This document shows positions 1 to 9,391 of a stretch of 64,000 nt of DNA, in pieces. Below the pieces are notes generated by a model, which worked only from the letters and a program-made list of their open reading frames with translations, was not told the origin of the DNA and made no database searches. Both the position numbers and the translations under genes were made by a program. This stretch comes from a virus, in IMG/VR virus record IMGVR_UViG_3300033168_000001, positions 60 through 64,059 of that record, one strand, 5' to 3'. Position 1 is the first letter of the stretch. The number at the start of each line of letters is the position of its first letter.

Positions 1-499
1 GCGGATAGGCGATGATCATGCCCGAGCGCGCGATGCGCAGGCCCAGCTTGAAGCCATAGTAGTCTAGTTTCTTGGCCGCGCAGTGCCCATAGTCGGCGAG
101 GGGCTTGAAGCAGCGGTCGCGGCCGCTGCGCGTGTAGCCACAGACGGGCAGGGGCAGCGTGTCGATCACCTGCACCGGGTCAGCGGCCTGGCCGCTCACC
201 ACGGTCAAGCGCCGCTGGATGAGTTCTTTGACGCGCCACAGGCTGGCCGCCTGCCGCACGAACCGGCTGCGGTCGCGCAGGTGGGGGAAGTAGGCCCGGT
301 AATGGGCGCGAAAGTACGCGAAGATGTCCTTGTCCGTGCCGCCCTTGAGGTATTCGCCGCAAATCTCGATGGTGATCACCTCCTCGTCCGTCAAGGCGGG
401 GGCGAAGCCACCCCGCCGGATGTGCTGCTGCCGGGCGAGCGCCTGGTAGTGCTCGCAGACCAGGCAGTACACGGTAATGATAAAATGGTCACGATCCAT
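1..499 (-). CDS. IS982-family DDE transposase, N-terminal part (not in ORF track)
   Basis: Manual translation from ATG at 499 (RBS AGGAG): MDRDHFIITVYCLVCEHY...ALTDEEVITIEICGEYL...QVIDTLPLPVC...YGHCAAKKLDYYGFKLGLRI, matching IS982 motifs (L.D.EVIT, IDS.P.PVC, YYGFKLH-like). Confidence 0.85.
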   Translation of the reverse strand, partial: MDRDHFIITVYCLVCEHYQALARQQHIRRGGFAPALTDEEVITIEICGEYLKGGTDKDIFAYFRAHYRAYFPHLRDRSRFVRQAASLWRVKELIQRRLTVVSGQAADPVQVIDTLPLPVCGYTRSGRDRCFKPLADYGHCAAKKLDYYGFKLGLRIARSGMIIAYP

Positions 500-591
500 G
501 GTGGTCTCCTTTCGTACATGCGGGTGGTCAGATACCCGCTAGTCTACGCAGAAGATCCCCCTGGGTCAATCAAAAGAGTCGCACATTAGGT
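1..591 (-). mobile_element. IS982-family insertion sequence, truncated by the window edge
   Basis: Transposase ORF on minus strand; putative terminal sequence ACCTAATGTGCGACT ends near 591 (IS982 ends begin AC). Other end lies outside the window. Confidence 0.7.
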
Positions 592-692
592 TAGCTTGAT
601 GTCCCGCCGCGGCGCGAGCGGTCGCGTTCCCGGTCGCCGGGGCGTCCACTCTACTACATCACTTGCCATTGAACACCCCTTTTCCGAGCAAC

Positions 693-726
693 AAAAAGAG
701 GCGCTACCCATGCGGGTAACGCCTCT
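693..726 (-). terminator. Intrinsic terminator candidate for the minus-strand operon ending at 771
   Basis: AAAAAGAGGCGCTACCC-ATGC-GGGTAACGCCTCT: near-perfect stem followed by a T run on the minus strand. Confidence 0.6.
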
Positions 727-770
727 AAAGACACCGTTCTACTATATGTATTTTAGCATGTTTGTTTACG

Positions 771-1088
771 TCACACTATAGATTTATCCACATCGACCGA
801 CCCCACAGGTGTCGGTGAACGGGCGGGCAAGGCATCGTTCCGCGCTGTAATCCATCTCCCTACCGTCGGATGCGCCACTCCAAGATGGCGCGCGATTCCG
901 CGCAGACTACACCCGTCGCAGTGCATCCGCACGGCCGTCGCGTGCATCTCGGGCGGATACGCATGCGGCTTAGGCTCCGGCGTGTATCTGCGCCCACACC
1001 CCTTACACCAATAGCGCTGGCTCCCATAACGCGTCTCGCCGTTCTTGACCTGACGCTCGTTACTCCCACATGAAGGACATGTATTCAT
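771..1088 (-). CDS. IS1 InsA-like zinc-ribbon plus HTH protein, no InsB partner
   Basis: CPSCGS..VKNG...SQRYWCKGCGRRYT followed by HTH SLRGIARHLGVAHPTVGRW; no DDE ORF follows. Confidence 0.7.
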   Translation of the reverse strand: MNTCPSCGSNERQVKNGETRYGSQRYWCKGCGRRYTPEPKPHAYPPEMHATAVRMHCDGCSLRGIARHLGVAHPTVGRWITARNDALPARSPTPVGSVDVDKSIV

Positions 1089-1091
1089 GCC

Positions 1092-1505
1092 CTACTCTAG
1101 CATGCGCACGTCCTTGCCACTTCTATCCACATAACCAAGCGCGGCCACGACAGTCTCCTCACGCAAGCCGGTCCAGACGACGAGCTGGGCGACACCCGCC
1201 CGCTTGCGGGTGCAGACCGTCGCGGCCGAGATGCCGAGCGCGGCGGCCGCGTCCCGCGTCGTCATCCGCATAGGGCCGACACAGCAGCGCTCGACACACG
1301 CGGCCAAGTCCGGGTACTCATCGCCCAGGCGCCTGCGGCCCTCGTCGAGCGTGAGCGCGGCGGCAGGCACTGGTGTCTGATCCGCGCGGGTGCGTCGAGC
1401 ATCGAGGTACGACAGGAAGCGCTCGGTCAGGGCCGGCGCACCATCGTCGGCGAGGCGTTCCCGGCTATGCAGGGCGCTGTAATCGTCAGGGCTAGTAGGG
1501 GTCAT
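1092..1505 (-). CDS. Sigma-70 region-4-like HTH regulator
   Basis: C-terminal MTTRDAAAALGISAATVCTRKRAGVAQL resembles a sigma r4 HTH. Confidence 0.5.
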   Translation of the reverse strand: MTPTSPDDYSALHSRERLADDGAPALTERFLSYLDARRTRADQTPVPAAALTLDEGRRRLGDEYPDLAACVERCCVGPMRMTTRDAAAALGISAATVCTRKRAGVAQLVVWTGLREETVVAALGYVDRSGKDVRMLE

Positions 1506-1764
1506 TCGGGAGCCTCCGTCACGTCACGAACTCTTGATTCGGGCTTCATGCGAGCTTCATATGGGGCTGCGATGATGATGGGACGTACCGAGTGGGACTC
1601 GCCTTGACAGTCCGGCGTGAGCATGGAACGGGGCACCGTGGTTGGGCTAGATTGGTATCGGCCACGTCCCACTCGGTACATAACACTCCTCTTCCCCGCA
1701 AGGAGCCGCGACGCATCGAGCGCCACGGCTCTTTTCGCATCCACCGTCACGATAGAGCGCCGGC

Positions 1765-3210
1765 TTATGCGCTCCTCCGCTGTGTCGAGACCGTCGCCGG
1801 CGACATGGAGATCGCGCAGCCCTGGGCTGTGTAGACGCCTTTGCGGTTGCGGTAAGAGGCCCACAGCATCGGGTGATCGTCGCAATAGTCGATGACGTGA
1901 GCATCAGTCTTGCCGAGTGCCGTGCGGCTCACGCGCCCGAGATATTGCACGACGCGGCCGCTGTATGAGACCGGCGTTGCCAGAAACAGCGTGTTGAGGT
2001 TCGGCGCGTCGAAGCCTTCGCCCACTAAAGAGCCCGTGGCGACGACCGCCTGCAACGTCCCCGCGGCGAGGCCCTCAACCACCTCGCTCCTCTTGCGCTT
2101 GCCGAGCTGGCCATGAAGCGCGGCGGCCGCGACGCCGGCGACCGTGAGCATCTCCGCGAGGCCCTCGACATGCCCCACGCGATCCGAGAGTACGAGGCAG
2201 CGCCGACCGGCGGCCACCGCCGCCGCGACGTCCGCGACGATTAGGCGGTTACGCGCCGGGTCGTCGGCCAGGTCGCTCACGAGACCCGTGAAGGTATCGC
2301 CGAACAGGCGCAGCCCGGTGTCACGCTTGACGACGCGCGGCGTAATCAAGCGGTCCTGCAAGTCAGCCTTGTCGATGCGCGCCACGGTTGGCCCGAGATA
2401 CCACCCGATCACCGCGTCGAGCTTGTCACGCCGGTACGGCGTCGCCGTCAGCCCGAGGACGTACCGCGCCGGGATCCGCGCGACGACGGCCGCTAACTGC
2501 TCCGCTGGCGTGTGGTGGGCCTCGTCGACGATCAGGTGCCCAACCTCCAGCAGCGCCGGCGGGATGTCGCGCGCCAGGCTTTGCACTAGCGCCACGGTCA
2601 GACGCGCGCCGACACGACACTCGCCGTCGCCGATGAAGCCTACCTCGTCGGGTGTCAGACCAAGCACCAGGCCGGCCCGCTCGACCGCCTGGCGCGCGAG
2701 TTCCTTGGTGTGCGTCACCCATAAGGCAGGTTGACCACGCCGCGCCACGGCGACCAGGCCCATGATCGTCTTGCCCGAACCGGCCGGCGCTTCCAACACG
2801 CCCATACGCCGCGTGAGGACCTCGCCGACGGCCCGCTCCTGGGCCGGCGAGAGCGTGACGCGCTCCGCGAAGCCGACCGGCGTGGCCGCGTGCGTGGCGT
2901 CAACCATCTCAACCGCGACGCCGTGTGCACGACATAACGCCCGTACGCGTGGCTGCGCGCCACGCGGCACGACGAGCCCGCCATCAGTGGCGCGGCGGGC
3001 ATAGTACAGGTGCGAGTCCAGGTCGCGCGTACTTCGACCATTGGCCTCGGCGTCGAGCCAGGCCGGGTTGGGGAGCGTCAGCGCCAGGCTGATAGCGTGC
3101 CGCAGCGCAACGGGCACGGTTGCGTCGATCGTGACCGCCGCGGCGACCGTGATCTTAACCGGCGCCGCGTCAGGCGCCGGTGTCACGCCGGTTTCGATGT
3201 TAGCTACCAT
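1765..3210 (-). CDS. SF2 DEAD/DEAH-box helicase (XPB/ResIII-like)
   Basis: Walker A APAGSGKT, motif II LIVDEAHH, GLTATPYR, GEGFDAP, QYLGRVSR. Start set at ATG 3210 with RBS GAGGAGG. Confidence 0.9.
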   Translation of the reverse strand: MVANIETGVTPAPDAAPVKITVAAAVTIDATVPVALRHAISLALTLPNPAWLDAEANGRSTRDLDSHLYYARRATDGGLVVPRGAQPRVRALCRAHGVAVEMVDATHAATPVGFAERVTLSPAQERAVGEVLTRRMGVLEAPAGSGKTIMGLVAVARRGQPALWVTHTKELARQAVERAGLVLGLTPDEVGFIGDGECRVGARLTVALVQSLARDIPPALLEVGHLIVDEAHHTPAEQLAAVVARIPARYVLGLTATPYRRDKLDAVIGWYLGPTVARIDKADLQDRLITPRVVKRDTGLRLFGDTFTGLVSDLADDPARNRLIVADVAAAVAAGRRCLVLSDRVGHVEGLAEMLTVAGVAAAALHGQLGKRKRSEVVEGLAAGTLQAVVATGSLVGEGFDAPNLNTLFLATPVSYSGRVVQYLGRVSRTALGKTDAHVIDYCDDHPMLWASYRNRKGVYTAQGCAISMSPATVSTQRRSA

Positions 3211-3664
3211 GGGACACCTCCTCACTCTCGCTTGTCGCGGCGGTGGGGGACACAAACGCGCACGGGCCACGCTCACCCTGACGCGCGTCCTCGCTACACG
3301 GCCAGCACCAGCCATACGGGGGCGACAGGCTATGGCGCTGGCCACACTGGGGACAGGCCAGGTAGGCGCGCAGCAGCGCGGCGTTCGCCACGATACGCGT
3401 GAAGAGCGCGTGCGCGATCTCGCGACTAATGATCAGCAGAATCTCCTCGCCGCTGGCGCTGGCCGTCACGAGGACGCCGCGCTCACGCAGGTAGGTTAGG
3501 ATCTCGCGGGCCTTTGACGTGTCGCCCGCGTTGAGGCGCCCCGCCATGAAAGGCGCGTCCGCGTCGACCTCGACATGCAGGAGCCCCGGATCGACCACGA
3601 GGCGCGCGTCTTGCGGGACGTGCGGAACCTGTATGGCCAGGGGCCTGTCGGCGGTAAGGGTCAT
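3200..3664 (-). CDS. Hypothetical protein with C-terminal zinc finger
   Basis: CPQCGQRH...WCWPC; overlaps both neighbours, as expected in an operon. Confidence 0.5.
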   Translation of the reverse strand: MTLTADRPLAIQVPHVPQDARLVVDPGLLHVEVDADAPFMAGRLNAGDTSKAREILTYLRERGVLVTASASGEEILLIISREIAHALFTRIVANAALLRAYLACPQCGQRHSLSPPYGWCWPCSEDARQGERGPCAFVSPTAATSESEEVSHGS

Positions 3665-5808
3665 AATGACACCCCTACGCCGGTCTGAGTGCGGCTCACT
3701 ATGTGAAGTGGAGTAGTGAGCGACTGCTTGCATGTAGGGCAGCAGACGCCGCCGGGACTCGGCTGGTCGCAATACAGACAGGTCTCGATCAGGGGCGGCG
3801 GCGAGGTGCTGGAACCAATTAAATCGTCGTCCTCGTCGTCTGGCCCCGGATCACGAAATACGTGATTCCGAACAAGGGGTACCTTAGTACACGTATTTCG
3901 TGATCCGGGGGTATCTAGCTGCCCATCCGCGGCGAAACTCCCTGCGACAGGCTCGGGATCACACATTACGTGATCCGGGGCGGTGTCGGTGTCGGCTGGC
4001 TCGAACGGTTCCGGCGCGACGCCCGGCACGACGCACTCACCCGTTTCGTTGTTCACAAACCCACCGTCGGGTTGGGCGTCGATTGTTTCCGCCGCGTGCA
4101 TCGCGTCTACATCGCTGGATATGGTGTTGCAGTCGAGGCAGATATGGGCATGTGTTTTCAGGTTCGTGCTGAAGCAGTGCGGGCAGCGCGGGCGTTCGCG
4201 GGCGGTCTTGGCGCGTGTAGGGATATCCTTGGCTTCTTCCTTGGTCATGTACTGGCCCGGTAGCGTCCCGCTGTCCTGGTAGCTAAAGGTCTTTGTGAGG
4301 ATGGTTGTCTCGACCTTCTTGCCGTGATCATCCTTTAGCGTGATGACACGAGGTTCCTTCACCTCGTCGCGAGAACACACGCCCAGCGTGACAATGTCGG
4401 CGAGGTTCTTGGTGACGGTGTTGAGCTTGGTCAACCGCAATGAGCCATCCTTCTGGCGCGTCTCGACGGCTCCAAGTTGGCGTGCGATCGTGGCGGCGCA
4501 TACTCGCTGCGGCGGGGGTGGTTCCCCTCCGACCGGCGCGGCCAGGTGGGCGGACAACGCGATCGCGGTCAGCTTCTGCCCATCGTTCATGATCGTATCG
4601 GCTAAAATGGCCCGCAGCCGGTTATAGCGGACGCGCAGCGTGAACGCGGCGGCTGTCTGAGACATGAGTTCCCTCAGAAAGCGTGGGTCAACGCTGACCA
4701 TCTCGGCGTCGTTCGTGGGTTGGAGCAGCCCGGCGCCGTGTCCGCTCTCGTCGCGGGGGGGCGTGTAGCGCTCCATCGTGAAGGTATGGCCCGCGACGAG
4801 CAGATCGTCAACGCCCTTCGCCTGTGTGTGTGTCCATACGGCCAGCCGCACGGCGTAGCCGTGCGATACGGCGGTCGCGGCCAGGGCCTGGCGGGCGCGC
4901 TCGACGTCGGCGACGACGCGGCCCTCACCCTTTGCGGGGTCGTCCTGGTCGAGCATCAGCAGGACCACGCTGCCGGCGAACCGCTCCAGGATCTTGGGTA
5001 CGTCGCGGCGGGAACCAATACCAGCGATGCTGATGACGGGATAGCCCAGTGCGTCCGCTGCGTAATCGGCTTTCTTGACGCCTTCGGTGATTCCGATAAC
5101 GCCGTCGACCGTGACGCCGCCAGCGGGGATGGCGACGTGGGGCGGCGCCCCAGGGCTGGGCGCGTCCTGGTCATCGTCAGTCCGGCTCGAGAGTTTGTAG
5201 TAGCGGGCCTGTCCATCCGTCACGGTGTCTCGCCGGAGGTCGATGGCATGGATCTTTCCGTTGAGGTCGCGCGTCGGCAAGATCATGCCCGCGCCCCGAA
5301 TCGTGATGTGTCCGTTCTGTTCGCGGAAGCCGGGGACGCCGCGCAGTTCCTCACGGGTGTACTTGTGAAGCAGTGCGGTGATGATACCGGCCCGGTGTCC
5401 AGGATCTCCAGGGAGCCAGCCGTAGCGGTTCGCCTGCGCCTCGGTAAGGTGGTGTGCGTCGCGTTGGGCCTCGGACAGGGGGCACATCTTCAAGAGGTCC
5501 GCGTAGATGGCATCCCTCCGGTCGAGGTCCGCCGGCGCGATCGGCGGTGTTGAGGGCGCCGGTAGGCGTGCGCTCCAGACGCGCGGTCGGTCGTTGGTCG
5601 CGTTCGCGCGGTGCCAATAGCCACCGATGAAGGAATCGGTCCAGTTGCCTGGCTCGCCTTCACGGTGGCACAGGACGTCGCCGTTATCGAAGGAGATGCA
5701 CGGCCCATCGTGATCGCAGTGGGGACAACGGTTGCGTGTGGTGAAGCGGTGGAACCGGGCGCGGCCGTTGGATGCGGCGCTGGTGTCGTCGCGAGCGGCG
5801 GCGGTCAT
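3661..5808 (-). CDS. DUF3854/Toprim-type primase-replication protein with Zn-binding, HTH-like and Zn-ribbon regions
   Basis: N-terminal CPHCDHDGPC..VLCHR, Toprim-like GITEGVKKAD, VLLMLDQD, AKGVDDLL; later CPHC..C..C. Start at ATG 5808 with G-rich RBS. Confidence 0.75.
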   Translation of the reverse strand: MTAAARDDTSAASNGRARFHRFTTRNRCPHCDHDGPCISFDNGDVLCHREGEPGNWTDSFIGGYWHRANATNDRPRVWSARLPAPSTPPIAPADLDRRDAIYADLLKMCPLSEAQRDAHHLTEAQANRYGWLPGDPGHRAGIITALLHKYTREELRGVPGFREQNGHITIRGAGMILPTRDLNGKIHAIDLRRDTVTDGQARYYKLSSRTDDDQDAPSPGAPPHVAIPAGGVTVDGVIGITEGVKKADYAADALGYPVISIAGIGSRRDVPKILERFAGSVVLLMLDQDDPAKGEGRVVADVERARQALAATAVSHGYAVRLAVWTHTQAKGVDDLLVAGHTFTMERYTPPRDESGHGAGLLQPTNDAEMVSVDPRFLRELMSQTAAAFTLRVRYNRLRAILADTIMNDGQKLTAIALSAHLAAPVGGEPPPPQRVCAATIARQLGAVETRQKDGSLRLTKLNTVTKNLADIVTLGVCSRDEVKEPRVITLKDDHGKKVETTILTKTFSYQDSGTLPGQYMTKEEAKDIPTRAKTARERPRCPHCFSTNLKTHAHICLDCNTISSDVDAMHAAETIDAQPDGGFVNNETGECVVPGVAPEPFEPADTDTAPDHVMCDPEPVAGSFAADGQLDTPGSRNTCTKVPLVRNHVFRDPGPDDEDDDLIGSSTSPPPLIETCLYCDQPSPGGVCCPTCKQSLTTPLHIVSRTQTGVGVSL
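3844..3980. repeat. Iteron-like repeats (putative origin) in the primase 3' end
   Basis: CGTGATCCGGGG at 3899-3910 and 3969-3980, inverted copy at 3844-3855, variant CGTGATTCCG at 3861. Confidence 0.5.
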
Positions 5809-6298
5809 TGTGCACCCCCGCCATGCGCAAAGGGGCGCAACCATGGTACAATAGAGACAGCGCTCATAGCGCGTAACCTCGTTTTCAACTGGGCCGGTTG
5901 CACGAAACATCTTGGCGGGCGTATCGTGTAGCCGGCTTTTCCTATGTCCTGCGATAGTCTCGCAGCGGCATTGCCTCCTAATTGTCCTCTCGCACACTAG
6001 CCGCTCATCCATTATGATGAGGGCAACGACACAACGGGCGCTGTGCCCATACCTTTGCCAATGAGGCGGCTCTTTTGAGCCTGTGTCGTCGTGTGGAGCG
6101 CGTATTCCCGGTTTGGGTCGCCAAACTTATGGCCGGGGTACGCGCTTTCTATTTCCTACGTTCTACTCGCTCTTTTCTGTAAAGCTTCTCTGTGTCCAAT
6201 GGTCACAGAGCGCCTTGACACCACAAGCCTATCATGGGTGGACAGGGATTGCTAGAGTAAAGCTAATTTTGCTACACTTATAATAGGGGTAGCAGATT

Positions 6299-7447
6299 TT
6301 GATACACACATGTCGCCGCTGTGAAAAGTCTTTCCCTGGCACACGCGCCGGAACGTTGTACTGCAGCGACGCGTGTAAAGAGGCGGACAACACCCGCATC
6401 TGTAAGCTGTGTGGCAAGACCTTCCACGTTACGTTTGGGCACACCAGGTTGTATTGCGGGCGCAAGTGCGCTGGACAGGCGGATCGAGAGGTCGCCATCC
6501 AAGCAAGCGCGACCAAACGCCGTTCCCAGCGGATCTCCGTCCCTTGCATCTGGCCTGACTGTCCACGGCCATATGATCTCCTTTCTCTCCCGTCTAGTTG
6601 GACGAAGCATCCATCAAAACAGCGCCATCCAGAGTGCAGGGCCGCCTATCGCCTCGCGTGCGGAGGCGGCACGAAACCGCGCAAGGGACGTGTTGTCGAG
6701 TGCAAGGGCTGCGGGACGACGATTGGCTATCGGATGCCATCTCAAACAGGGCAGGAGTACTGTAATCTCTGCGCCCACCGTCACTTGCGGGGTAAGCCTC
6801 GCCCCATAAAGAGCGGCGAGTGGCGTACATGCCCCTTTGAGACTTGCTCTAACGTGACCTATGTCTCGCCCTCGCGCGCTGCGCGTGCGTCCGTGACCTT
6901 CTGTAGTGTGGCGCATCGTTTTGCTGCGCTCGAGTCCGGTGTGATCGTTACTTGTCGCGTGTGCGGCAGTGTGAAGCGGTACAGTCCAAGTCTCTTGCCG
7001 CGGGCAATGGATCGGGCGACAATGACCTGGGTATGTACTGACTGCCGCCCGCGTAAGACTGCGGTGCGGTCCTTCACATGCGCTCAGTGCCACGACTCCT
7101 TTACGCGGCGTGTTTCGCTTACTAGCTCGGTGGACGATGATCGGTTCTGTCAGGCGTCGTGCCGGAAGCAGTATTACCGAGAGATGCGCCGAAGAGCCAA
7201 TCCCTGCCAGTATTGCGGGAAGGTAATCGAGCGGAGAGGACGCCACAAAGCCTACTGTAACTGGGACTGCTATATCGCTGGTAAAACGGGCCAACCTTTG
7301 CCTCATTACCACCCTTCTAAAGCAGAATTGCGGATTATTGCCGCATGGACTGCTGGCGCGCGCGGCGTGCGTCCATTGGCTCGCGCCAGCAGTGCGTCGA
7401 TCAACACCGTGCAGAAGCTTATCAAGGCCGGCAAGATCGCGTCTTAA
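6299..7447 (+). CDS. Multi-zinc-finger protein (8 CxxC...(Y/F)CxxxC-type units) with C-terminal HTH-like end
   Basis: Repeated units such as CRRC..YCSDAC, CKLC..YCGRKC, CAQC..FCQASC, CQYC..YCNWDC. Confidence 0.7.
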   Translation: MIHTCRRCEKSFPGTRAGTLYCSDACKEADNTRICKLCGKTFHVTFGHTRLYCGRKCAGQADREVAIQASATKRRSQRISVPCIWPDCPRPYDLLSLPSSWTKHPSKQRHPECRAAYRLACGGGTKPRKGRVVECKGCGTTIGYRMPSQTGQEYCNLCAHRHLRGKPRPIKSGEWRTCPFETCSNVTYVSPSRAARASVTFCSVAHRFAALESGVIVTCRVCGSVKRYSPSLLPRAMDRATMTWVCTDCRPRKTAVRSFTCAQCHDSFTRRVSLTSSVDDDRFCQASCRKQYYREMRRRANPCQYCGKVIERRGRHKAYCNWDCYIAGKTGQPLPHYHPSKAELRIIAAWTAGARGVRPLARASSASINTVQKLIKAGKIAS

Positions 7448-7629
7448 AGGCAGTCGCCGCATCGCCCACCCCTCTACCACTCTCCGACCGTCGCCCCAAG
7501 GCGCGAGTTCCGCCCCCAGGCGTCAACCCTTAATCTTCAAATCGTCCGCGCTATCAGCGGTTCCCACGCCTACGCGTCCGCGCTAGCCGCTCTTCGAGTC
7601 ATCTACTGCTCATAATAAAGCGCGTACCG

Positions 7630-7767
7630 CTATCCCTGTCCGCCGTAGGGCACATGCAACAGTCCGCTGGCCCGCGCCTTGACGGCCTCGCCGTGGCGAT
7701 CATGGCGCTGGGTAGTCATGACGTTGCTGTGGCCAGCGAGCTTCTGCACGGTCGAGATGTCCGCGCC
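7630..7767 (-). pseudogene. Tyrosine recombinase/integrase C-terminal remnant
   Basis: Manual translation [45 protein letters not shown], the box II motif; no upstream ORF. Confidence 0.8.
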
Positions 7768-7831
7768 AGGCGCCGTGTGCGGTACGCTTCTGGTAGGCAT
7801 CATGCCGCCCCCTAATGTGGTGTGGTGTTTA

Positions 7832-7867
7832 GGGGGGTGAAGGTGCTTCGTACCACCTTCACCCCCC
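7832..7867. repeat. Perfect 14-bp inverted repeat
   Basis: GGGGGGTGAAGGTG-CTTCGTAC-CACCTTCACCCCCC. Confidence 0.8.
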
Positions 7868-7959
7868 GCCCATGTTGCTTGTTATGTTCTCCTCAGCATG
7901 GCCGGCGTACCGCGTCGTGGTGGGCCGTGTGCGGAGGGGAGCAGGCACGGAAAGACACA

Positions 7960-8142
7960 TTACTGTGCCTGCTCATAGCCAGGGAAAGGCGGCGGCAAAC
8001 CGCGCTTCTCCCAGGACGTCACCGCCTCTGATACGATCCACTCAAGGAGCGCGTCGTCGGCTGCTTGCTCCGGCAACCCACGCCGTCGCAGCATCTCATA
8101 GATACGGTTCTTTGCCGCTGCTTTGCCCGTCCAGTTAATCAT
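7960..8142 (-). CDS. Small hypothetical protein
   Basis: MINWTGKAAAKNRIYEML...; RBS GGAG upstream. Confidence 0.45.
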   Translation of the reverse strand: MINWTGKAAAKNRIYEMLRRRGLPEQAADDALLEWIVSEAVTSWEKRGLPPPFPGYEQAQ

Positions 8143-8301
8143 GGTTGCTCCTCTGACTCCGTACGTCCTGCACAATAAACGCGCCAGCAAACATGAGAGC
8201 GGCGACAATGGTCAGCCAGCGCCATCCCGTCGCATAGGCCGCTGCATCCAGGGCCAATGCGATACCCACCATGGCCCAAAAGGTGTTGGATGGTAGTATG
8301 A

Positions 8302-8565
8302 TCACCGTGCCCCCTTCGCCCTTTTCCGCGCAGCGTAGCGCCTGCGAGCGGCCACGTTCTCTCGATCAAGCCGCGCCCGGCGTATCCGCGCCAGTTCGGC
8401 GTCAAGCAGCGGATCATAGGCAACATCGACGGGCCGGCCACCAGGGTCAGCTCGTAGCGCGTCGGCATAGACCAGACACAAGACGATTGTGTCCATGCGA
8501 TAACGTTGCCTCGCTTCAAGCCAGCGCCGCGCGCTTTCGACAAAATCGCTCAGGTCACATTCCAT
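8302..8565 (-). CDS. Hypothetical protein
   Basis: ORF in the minus-strand run of small genes; RBS AGGAG upstream. Confidence 0.45.
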   Translation of the reverse strand: MECDLSDFVESARRWLEARQRYRMDTIVLCLVYADALRADPGGRPVDVAYDPLLDAELARIRRARLDRENVAARRRYAARKRAKGAR

Positions 8566-8581
8566 CGCGAGTCCTCTCCTG

Positions 8582-8872
8582 CTAGGGGTCGTTCGCCAGT
8601 CTCATCAGTGTTTGTGCGTGGCATCTTTTCGGCGTCCGATCCCCCGGTGACTGGCACCAACATGCCAGCGATTTCCCACGAAGCGGCGTCAGCCAGTCCG
8701 GCTCACGCGCCGCCTTCTCGGTCGCGTAATACTCATACTCATCACACGCCGCGTCACGTTCGCTCTCACGGCGCATCGCGAAGATGCTTCCCCAGGGCGA
8801 CGGACGCCCCACATACACCGCGTCAGGCGGCGGTGGTTCCGCGCCGCGGCGTCTACTATAGATGCATGGCAT
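8582..8872 (-). CDS. DUF4326 domain protein
   Basis: VYVGRPSPWG..F, LRGKSLACWC...RCHA, the family signature. Confidence 0.85.
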   Translation of the reverse strand: MPCIYSRRRGAEPPPPDAVYVGRPSPWGSIFAMRRESERDAACDEYEYYATEKAAREPDWLTPLRGKSLACWCQSPGDRTPKRCHAQTLMRLANDP

Positions 8873-8882
8873 ACACTCTCTC

Positions 8883-9179
8883 CTATGTCCCCCGATGCCG
8901 CGCCACCCAATCGACGCCCATCTCTTGCGCGATCGCCAGCCACTCTAATTCGGTGCAGTGCCGGCAGCGATAGTAGCGGCCATCGTCGAGCGGGCCGCCG
9001 CAGTCCGTGCAGGTCGCCGCCTTGGTGGCCGGCGCTGTTTCCCCCTCAATCGTGACGTGCGCCTCGCCGCCACTGTAGCGGCCGTCTTCATCGAATGTCA
9101 GGCGGGTCTCTATCTCCATCGTGTCGCCTGAGTGCAGTGGACAGGCCCCCTGGACCGGAATGTATTCACCTTCGTTCAC
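8883..9179 (-). CDS. Hypothetical protein with Zn finger
   Basis: CTDCGG...RCRHC. Confidence 0.5.
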   Translation of the reverse strand: MNEGEYIPVQGACPLHSGDTMEIETRLTFDEDGRYSGGEAHVTIEGETAPATKAATCTDCGGPLDDGRYYRCRHCTELEWLAIAQEMGVDWVARHRGT

Positions 9180-9391
9180 GGCAACTCTCCCCGCTTGACG
9201 TCAGGCATGACGCCGTTTGGCATCAGTTCAATACCCAACTTTGCCGCCACCCGTCCGTAGGCGACGGCCTGGCCTGATAGATAGTCGATACCCGCATCTC
9301 CACTAGGCGTCCGAGGACGCGTCACGTCCCTATCTCGGTCACGGATGACGCTGGCCCACTCCCTGCGCAGCCAATCAGCAAAGGTGGTCAT
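9176..9391 (-). CDS. Hypothetical protein
   Basis: MTTFADWL...; 4-bp overlaps with neighbours. Confidence 0.45.
   Translation of the reverse strand: MTTFADWLRREWASVIRDRDRDVTRPRTPSGDAGIDYLSGQAVAYGRVAAKLGIELMPNGVMPDVKRGELP

Noticed and set aside
83-589. 168-aa plus-strand ORF
   Set aside because: Antisense shadow of the IS982 transposase on the minus strand.
784-792. DnaA box TTATCCACA, plus one-mismatch copies at 1123 and 11490
   Set aside because: One exact 9-mer in 64 kb is not far from chance, and the copies are not clustered.
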